A stretch of 52,679 bases of DNA, from the NCBI GenBank assembly GCA_029865515.1, contig JAOUGQ010000001.1:1-52679 (forward strand), written 5' to 3'. Of the stretch, positions 46,446 through 52,679 are shown one piece after another. Source of the stretch: Nitrospirota bacterium. GTDB lineage: Bacteria; Nitrospirota; Nitrospiria; Nitrospirales; UBA8639. Made by a program: the position numbers and the translations under genes. Position 1 is the stretch's first letter. Each line of letters starts with the position of its first letter. The notes under the pieces are model-generated. The model was given only the letters and a program-made list of their open reading frames with translations. It did not search any database and was not told the origin of the DNA.

Positions 46446-47375
46446 TTAGGGAATTTGCCTTCGTAACGACGGAACGATCTCAACGCCTTCTCCAAGCAAC
46501 TCCAGACCAAAATGCGGATTCTCCTGCATTTCATGCACACTTCGCCGTCCTTGGGGAGATTCATACTGAAAATCTAACTTCAGGGTTTTCCCCTCTTCCA
46601 CCACCACTTTTTTCTCCAGATAGGTTTTCATCCCAGGATGCCAGACAGCAACCTCATATTCTCCTGCTGGAATATCCTTAATTCCGTAGGCCCCATCTTC
46701 TTTGGAAATGGCATAATAAGGATTCTCCACCACCACCCCCCAGGAAAACATATAGGGATGAAAGCCGCACTGCATGACAAACACATTTCGTCCTTTTCGC
46801 AAATGGATTTTTTCCACCATCGGTTCGCCCGGCAGATGCGTGTGGGCATTTTTCCCGAACAGCCCAACTACCTTATGAAAGGGATTCATCGGCAAGGGAC
46901 GATTAAACAAGACTCTGGCCCCTCGTTCTCTGGCCGTTTCATAGCCCTGGATATCATGTTCTATCGGATCCATATTGATGACGGTGATTTCATCCTGATC
47001 ACGTAACACATTCACAAAAGGCAAAAAATCACAATCAATCGCTTCAACTTCCACCTTTGGCAAAGAAAACGATTTTCCTTTTTCTATCCCTTTAATCATA
47101 ACCACGGCATCTTTTAATTCCCCCTGTGGACCAACGATAAAATCTTCAACAATCCGCCACCCTGTTCCGGTTGATATCCTTCCGCAATATACTGCATCTG
47201 GAATGGTCACCAGATTAAACGCCATGGGTCTGGGGTTTTCTCCCGTAATGGTCACTTTTCCTTGAATGGATCCCCCATTTGTCACGTTGATTTCATCGTA
47301 GGACCACGCCGTATGTCCTAAAAGCGCCATAAGCCCCATCCCTACGATCCCTTGCCAGACTGTTCGGCCCCTCAT
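46446..47375 (-). CDS. Exported carboxypeptidase-regulatory-like/cupredoxin-like protein 3 (tandem paralog of 2)
   Basis: Signal peptide (AWS-Y), YCGRIS, DCDF.P, MDPIEHDIQ, MQCGFHPYM, WHP; GAGGAGG SD. Confidence 0.8.
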   Translation of the reverse strand: MRGRTVWQGIVGMGLMALLGHTAWSYDEINVTNGGSIQGKVTITGENPRPMAFNLVTIPDAVYCGRISTGTGWRIVEDFIVGPQGELKDAVVMIKGIEKGKSFSLPKVEVEAIDCDFLPFVNVLRDQDEITVINMDPIEHDIQGYETARERGARVLFNRPLPMNPFHKVVGLFGKNAHTHLPGEPMVEKIHLRKGRNVFVMQCGFHPYMFSWGVVVENPYYAISKEDGAYGIKDIPAGEYEVAVWHPGMKTYLEKKVVVEEGKTLKLDFQYESPQGRRSVHEMQENPHFGLELLGEGVEIVPSLRRQIP

Positions 47376-47437
47376 GCGTCCCTCCTCACCATGTATTGAT
47401 CGCCAGACTTATTGTCATTTTATAGAAACATGCCCGC

Positions 47438-47476
47438 AAAAAAAAGCGGGGAAGCCGATGAGAGGCTTCCCCGCTT
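47438..47476 (-). terminator. Intrinsic terminator after the multicopper oxidase gene
   Basis: AAGCGGGGAAGCC-N7-GGCUUCCCCGCUU with a U8 tract. Confidence 0.85.
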
Positions 47477-47504
47477 GCGCTGACCCTCTGAAATGAGGGA
47501 AAGC

Positions 47505-50500
47505 TTATTTCGCGACGGTAGGAATAATCCGCGGTTCGCCGTTGAATTCACCAAGAGCCGCCTGTTTGGAAGAAGACATGCCTCCTTCCAACGGCAGAAT
47601 CCGTTGATCCGTGTTCGGCAACACCCGGAGATAGCCCCATTGCCCGGACTGGGAATAGGGTAACCGCCCGTTGCTCCACACATAATCCCCGGCCAGGGCC
47701 CATTTCCCTCCTGCGGCAGGAAGGAACACATCAAGACCTTCCGAACCCGAGAACTCCACCGTGCTGATCATATCCGCGCCCGGAAGGAACGGTTCAATCG
47801 GCCATTCATGTTTTTCCACCGTGAACATCCCGTTTTGCTCGCTGCTGGCCCCAAAGACGTGAATCCGGACTTTGTCGCCCGCATGCGCTTCAATCACCGG
47901 CGTCACAGGATCCTGCGGGTTGTCCACCTGGCACGGTTGGAACATCCGCCCCAACGAACACCCGGCTTCTTCCCGTTGCAGGTAGGGTTCGGCGCGATAA
48001 TTGACGCCGGTTAACCCCGCCACATTCTGCACATATGGCATGAAACTCGTTCCGATGATGTTGTCCTCGTCCTGGAAGTACAAGGCCACATCACGATAGT
48101 TGGCCCGATTTTCATTTCCTTGAATAGCCCGATCGACGATCACATCGGCATTCCAACTATTCTTCAGCGAAATATCATCGCCAGTTTTTGGATCGCGGTA
48201 GCTCGAGCCTTTGGGCCCGATTATGATCCCCCCGAACAGGCCGTTGCGCGGATTGGTTGACACATTCCCCCAATCCCACACAAGCGTTTGGGTTTCCCCA
48301 TTGAAGGGATCCGCATAATAGGTGTATGTCCGGGACTCGCCAGAGGCCACAGTTTGGTCACCTGGGTTACTTCCCAAATTCACGCCCTGTGAATCCTTCG
48401 GATCGAAAGCCAGCCCGAAAGCTGAGAACGATGCCCGACCCTCCTTGAGTTTGTTCGTCAATTTCACCTTTATACAATCACCCACGTTGGCCCGTAAGGT
48501 CAACGGCATCGGTTGCACATCGCCCGCCACCTTCTGCACCTCATCCTCGAGGAGGTAGATCTTGGCGGCAGGATTGCGCAATTCAATCTTCCGTTCAAAG
48601 TCGACTTCAATGGCTTCCGGGGCGTTGGCATTAAAACTCATCCCCGGATGGTCCATGGCCACCACGTTAAAGCTCTTCACTGAAGCCTCTTTCGGACACA
48701 CCGGCAAGCGTTCCGGCATCCCTTCTTTGCCATATGCCTTATTGGGCAATGGCTGGAGGTCACCCACAGGCTTATCTAATACCCGGATGATGCCCCACGC
48801 GCCTTCCGAAAACTTGGAGCTACGTCCATTGAAGAACATATAATCACCGGCTTGATGCCGTGGTCCACCCGCTTCAGGAATCACCAAGTCATACCGTTCG
48901 GCAATCCCGATATGCAGGGAATGCTTACGATTGGCTTCCTGCGCATACCGCTCAGACCAGAAGGTATGGCCGGATAACGTAAACACATTACTTTCATTCA
49001 TGGTCACGTCCAACAGCCGGAACACAATGGCATCACCCAGGTAGGCCCGAATCATGGCCGTACTGGGATCGCCATGCACCGCACTGCTGAACAGCTTGGA
49101 GGGATCAGGGTTATTGGCCAACCGCTGCGCGAAAGGCTCCGCCCTGAAATTTAACGCTCCCCCCGTTGTATGGGTACCTCCGTTCAAGAACGGCATGGGT
49201 GTCATTTTTATTTTGTCGTTCGGGGGCATGATAAATGACACCGTCCGACCGGCTTCCAAGGCCACATCCACCGGTTGTCCCGGAGGATTACCGGCCGTCA
49301 CGATATTCACGGTGTGTGGCACGGTATCCATGATATGCACCATCAGTTCACGGAAGCTGCCGGCCACATCATGGCCAACACGCTCCACGGCATGAATATC
49401 GGCCACCGGCCCAGTCCGAATCCGTTTGCCGGTCTTCGGATCATGCCAGGTTGAATTGAAAGGTTCCGCAATCATGGTCCCGACTGCGCCATGGGGCCAC
49501 GTGGTGCCCCCGAAGGCATGATCATGCCAGAACACACTGCCCACATCCGCATCCACCCAGAACCGCTGTCGCACGTATTCCACGGTCACAATGTCATTGA
49601 CCGGATGCGCATTCCGCAACGGCTGGGCAAACGTCAACGTCTTGCCACTGATTTTGACAATCCGTTGCACTTCTTGCCCTTTGACATTATCCGCGCCAAT
49701 CAAGATTGGAATGCCCACATGATATTGCGTGGCATTCGAGACCTCCAAGGTTTTGTCGCCTTTTTTGGCGGCCTTGGTCACCTTGGCATTCATGGGAACC
49801 GGCAACCCTTTTTTGGTAGGTTTGTCAAATTGCGTGAACGGGCGCATGGACTGCTCATACGAAAAGCCAGAAATCACGCCATCGGAGGCTTGATTGTCAA
49901 ATTGAAAGAAATGGAAATGCGTGTTGATCTTGGACGATTGGAAGTTGGTGATATCGTCATCGATCCACTCGCTGGTGAGCATCCAATCGATGCAATCATA
50001 CACATTGGCCCGCACGACCAACGGGAATTTCTTATTATTGTCTGCCCGGACGGCCTCTTCTTCTTCATGCACGACATACAGCAGCCCATTGGGGTCCACA
50101 ATCGCCGGCTCTTTGCCCTCCGCCGCCGATAATTCAATCGGCAACTTGATGAAATGCACCTTGTAATCTTGGGATCCGGCCCGCGTCGGGCACAAGCTCC
50201 ACGGCCCGTTCTCGCCTGGTTTGGCCGGTTCGACCGACCGCGTCCCATCCGGATTCAACCGGATCATTTCCAGCCACGGCGCCGGATTATGATCGTTGGA
50301 GAACGGATTCCGTTTGCCGAAATGCGGCGTCAACCAAGGCCACGCCACTTTGCCGGTGGTGGGCTCAAACCAAATAGCCCGCCGTTCCCCCGCTTTATAC
50401 CCCTGCCATTCCGGGCGGTATTTGGGGTTATCGCCCAGCGTGGGTTCCTTCTCGCTCATCGCCTTCGCCCCGTTCCAGACCCAATCAACCACGGTAGCAT

Positions 50501-52391
50501 CATAGGCTTTCATTTGACCGAGTTCATCATCTGTGTGACCTGGTTTGCCTTGATTACTCAACTGCATTTCTACCCAGTCTTTAATATTCACGACAGCCGG
50601 CTCAGCATTCCAATTGCTCTTGCCATCGCCAACGATCTTAAACTGCTTGCCAAACCAATTGACCGTCTTGCCCACGAGCTGATCGGAGGTGACCGGCTTA
50701 TGAATACGTCCCAACCGATCCGGCAATTCCCGTAACGGGGCCATCACGTCATTTTGGACACCTGGTACTTGAATGGTGTTATACACCCGCCAATACCCCC
50801 ACATCCCCGCCACATAGTGATGCGCCACATGGCAATGGAAGAGAAAGTCGCCGGCCAACCATTGGCACAGGCCCGAGCCGCATTCCGTTTCTAAATCCAA
50901 CGCTTCCGACGGCCCGATGACTTCCACGTCCACCCGGTCTGACTTCGTGCGAATCACCGGATATTTCACCGGCCCGGTTTGCCCGGTGTTCCACACGGGC
51001 ATTTGCGTGGCTCGTGGGCTGCGTTGCCAACGAATTGAACCACCATGAGGATGGTGGGAATGGAAGACTTCCGATCCACCATGCACCACCCGGAATTTGG
51101 CTGGATCGCCCAAATAACTACGAGGAATGGTCGGAGCCGCATCACCAAAGGTATACGAGCTATAGGCCATCGATTCATCCTCAAACCCGAAATATTCATG
51201 CTGCACATGCATGTTATTGATGCCGAACGGCTCACTACGATAGTTAAGCGCCCGCGCGCCAGGGCGATAGGCATCAGTCAGAGGATCGCGTTGTGGTAAA
51301 AAATCCCCATGCTTATTGACAGGACGGAAGGCCTCGTCACCGACTTCATGATAGATCAGGACAAATTCCCGAAAGTCCGGTCCATCGCCATTATCAATCA
51401 TCACTTGCCATCCGCTGCTGGCCTCCGTGGCAGGTCCCGTTCCCAACGGCTCATAATAATTGGAGCCTCTCGGTTCTACGACAAACACCCCGAACAGACC
51501 CATGACTGTCAGTTCTCGGTCATTGCTAAAGGTATGAAATTGGCGGCCACCCTCTTGTGTATCCGGATGGATATACCATTCCATTTCAATCGTTTTACCT
51601 TCAACTGCCACCGAATCAGGATTGGTGGTGGTCGCCGGTTTACCGGTTTGGCTCATGACCATATCCGACCCATTGATATGCAAGCTGACTTCTTCTCCGA
51701 ATTCCAACTGGTTGTGTAGGGCGACCTTGACGCAATCACCTTGATTGCCTCGAATCACCAACGGTTGAATCCATTGATCTTGGATACCGTTTTTCACGCC
51801 ACCCGGATCATGGTGCCCTTCCTTCTCACGAGCCGCCGCATTTTTGGCTTCTTCCTCACGGATCTTGTCAATATTTTCAGTCAAGGCATACATGTACCCT
51901 GGGTAATAATCGAGCCATTGATTCAAGGTGATTTCAACGTTGATGGCGGACACATCGTAATTTCGGACGGGCGCTGTCTTGGGACACAGTCCGCCCTTCA
52001 TGGACACCGGTTCGACACCGGGTTGACTGGCCAGTAAGCCATTTGCAGGTCCCGCACCATATTGGTGAATCATCGACATGGAATTGAACGCTCCCGTCTC
52101 GCTGCCCTTCTGATCCATGTCCTGCTGCATTTGCTGCATCATGCGTTGATGTTGCTGTTCAACCAGGGCCGCCCGTTCCGCACGGCCCTCCATGGCATCT
52201 TCCACAATCGTCTGGCCTTTGAGCTGTTCGGCCCAGGCAGGAGAATCCTGGTGGGTCATACCTGCCTTGTGAATCATTGTTTCCTGGGTGTCTCCGGCCA
52301 AGAGATTACCTGCCGAAAACAGCGAAATCCCTCCCAGAAACAATCCTAGGGAAAGGGATGTGACGGCATTCCGAGTTTTCACATAAAACAT
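47505..52391 (-). CDS. Large exported multicopper oxidase (multi-cupredoxin, MnxG/ceruloplasmin-like)
   Basis: Signal peptide; repeated PL..R.N.GDC domain starts; Cu motifs HSHHPH, FHCHVAHHYVAGM, THFH, WHDH; AGGAGG SD. Confidence 0.88.
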   Translation of the reverse strand: MFYVKTRNAVTSLSLGLFLGGISLFSAGNLLAGDTQETMIHKAGMTHQDSPAWAEQLKGQTIVEDAMEGRAERAALVEQQHQRMMQQMQQDMDQKGSETGAFNSMSMIHQYGAGPANGLLASQPGVEPVSMKGGLCPKTAPVRNYDVSAINVEITLNQWLDYYPGYMYALTENIDKIREEEAKNAAAREKEGHHDPGGVKNGIQDQWIQPLVIRGNQGDCVKVALHNQLEFGEEVSLHINGSDMVMSQTGKPATTTNPDSVAVEGKTIEMEWYIHPDTQEGGRQFHTFSNDRELTVMGLFGVFVVEPRGSNYYEPLGTGPATEASSGWQVMIDNGDGPDFREFVLIYHEVGDEAFRPVNKHGDFLPQRDPLTDAYRPGARALNYRSEPFGINNMHVQHEYFGFEDESMAYSSYTFGDAAPTIPRSYLGDPAKFRVVHGGSEVFHSHHPHGGSIRWQRSPRATQMPVWNTGQTGPVKYPVIRTKSDRVDVEVIGPSEALDLETECGSGLCQWLAGDFLFHCHVAHHYVAGMWGYWRVYNTIQVPGVQNDVMAPLRELPDRLGRIHKPVTSDQLVGKTVNWFGKQFKIVGDGKSNWNAEPAVVNIKDWVEMQLSNQGKPGHTDDELGQMKAYDATVVDWVWNGAKAMSEKEPTLGDNPKYRPEWQGYKAGERRAIWFEPTTGKVAWPWLTPHFGKRNPFSNDHNPAPWLEMIRLNPDGTRSVEPAKPGENGPWSLCPTRAGSQDYKVHFIKLPIELSAAEGKEPAIVDPNGLLYVVHEEEEAVRADNNKKFPLVVRANVYDCIDWMLTSEWIDDDITNFQSSKINTHFHFFQFDNQASDGVISGFSYEQSMRPFTQFDKPTKKGLPVPMNAKVTKAAKKGDKTLEVSNATQYHVGIPILIGADNVKGQEVQRIVKISGKTLTFAQPLRNAHPVNDIVTVEYVRQRFWVDADVGSVFWHDHAFGGTTWPHGAVGTMIAEPFNSTWHDPKTGKRIRTGPVADIHAVERVGHDVAGSFRELMVHIMDTVPHTVNIVTAGNPPGQPVDVALEAGRTVSFIMPPNDKIKMTPMPFLNGGTHTTGGALNFRAEPFAQRLANNPDPSKLFSSAVHGDPSTAMIRAYLGDAIVFRLLDVTMNESNVFTLSGHTFWSERYAQEANRKHSLHIGIAERYDLVIPEAGGPRHQAGDYMFFNGRSSKFSEGAWGIIRVLDKPVGDLQPLPNKAYGKEGMPERLPVCPKEASVKSFNVVAMDHPGMSFNANAPEAIEVDFERKIELRNPAAKIYLLEDEVQKVAGDVQPMPLTLRANVGDCIKVKLTNKLKEGRASFSAFGLAFDPKDSQGVNLGSNPGDQTVASGESRTYTYYADPFNGETQTLVWDWGNVSTNPRNGLFGGIIIGPKGSSYRDPKTGDDISLKNSWNADVIVDRAIQGNENRANYRDVALYFQDEDNIIGTSFMPYVQNVAGLTGVNYRAEPYLQREEAGCSLGRMFQPCQVDNPQDPVTPVIEAHAGDKVRIHVFGASSEQNGMFTVEKHEWPIEPFLPGADMISTVEFSGSEGLDVFLPAAGGKWALAGDYVWSNGRLPYSQSGQWGYLRVLPNTDQRILPLEGGMSSSKQAALGEFNGEPRIIPTVAK

Positions 52392-52487
52392 GGACCAGCC
52401 TCCTTAAGTAAAATAGACCGACAAACAACTGACGTATTTTCAGTTCACGCCTGCAATAATATTCAATGAAGATTATGGGAAGCGCCA

Positions 52488-52516
52488 AAGGTAATCAAAA
52501 CGCTTCAGACTGTCAA
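52488..52516 (-). promoter_or_regulatory. Sigma-70 promoter of the multicopper oxidase
   Basis: TTGACA (52516-52511), 17 nt, TACCTT (52493-52488). Confidence 0.6.
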
Positions 52517-52594
52517 GTCAAAAACACATTTCATTGATTTTATTGGCATTTCAAAAAAAACTTCATGGAATTTGCATACCAGATTCATTGGCAG

Positions 52595-52636
52595 AAATGT
52601 GAATTCTTGTAATTACAATCCAGGATCACCACATTT
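52595..52636. promoter_or_regulatory. Nested inverted repeats, candidate transcription-factor site
   Basis: Perfect palindrome TTGTAATTACAA (52607..52618) flanked by AAATGTG...CACATTT. Confidence 0.35.
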
Positions 52637-52679
52637 AACATATTTGAAAATCCCCACCGTACAGCCGCCCAACATTCAC

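Noticed and set aside
49491-50735. Long plus-strand ORFs (213 and 193 aa) and other antisense ORFs throughout the window
   Set aside because: They are antisense shadows of long genes with biased codon use and show no motifs or SD.
47505-52391. Labelling the multicopper protein as NirK or MnxG
   Set aside because: It is far larger than NirK and has trinuclear-cluster HxH motifs; Mn oxidation cannot be inferred from motifs alone.
1-52679. CRISPR arrays, tRNA/rRNA genes, IS elements, integrases, prophage or defence systems
   Set aside because: No regularly spaced repeats, RNA-gene signatures or transposase/integrase/phage motifs were seen. The WD40, NHL, TPR and HEAT repeats are protein-level and lack NTPase or effector domains.

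Overview
A chromosomal segment of roughly 48-50% GC (by eye) that almost certainly comes from a nitrite-oxidising Nitrospirales bacterium; the gene families and their order match what I recall of the Nitrospira NXR-accessory/terminal-oxidase region. Nearly all genes are on the minus strand. In the direction of transcription (right to left) it holds: (i) a copper module with a 1628-aa MnxG/ceruloplasmin-type multicopper oxidase, three paralogous exported proteins with an amicyanin-type C-x2-H-x2-M site, a HEAT protein and a DUF255 protein; (ii) a respiratory module with two CydA-like (cytochrome bd-like) subunits but no cydB, three membrane c-type cytochromes (one fused to an EbdC/NxrC-like domain), two FGE-fold proteins, DUF420, a PCP_red protein, a BchU/CrtF-like methyltransferase and three single-helix microproteins that the ORF track omits or starts too early; (iii) mobA, a GT9 glycosyltransferase and the housekeeping block argS-tgt-yajC-secD-secF; (iv) a PAS-rich kinase and a sigma-54 regulator with a 4-Cys linker; (v) an NXR-maturation-type module with an HExxH/Zn-ribbon protein, a NapG/MauM-type ferredoxin, a TorD-family chaperone, an NxrC-like protein, a B12 radical SAM enzyme, a membrane protein, a TPR protein, TatA, an NHL protein and a second NxrC-like gene cut by the left edge and missing from the ORF track. 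I saw no nxrA/nxrB, RNA genes, CRISPR arrays or mobile elements. All family assignments come from recognising motifs by eye; no searches were run.
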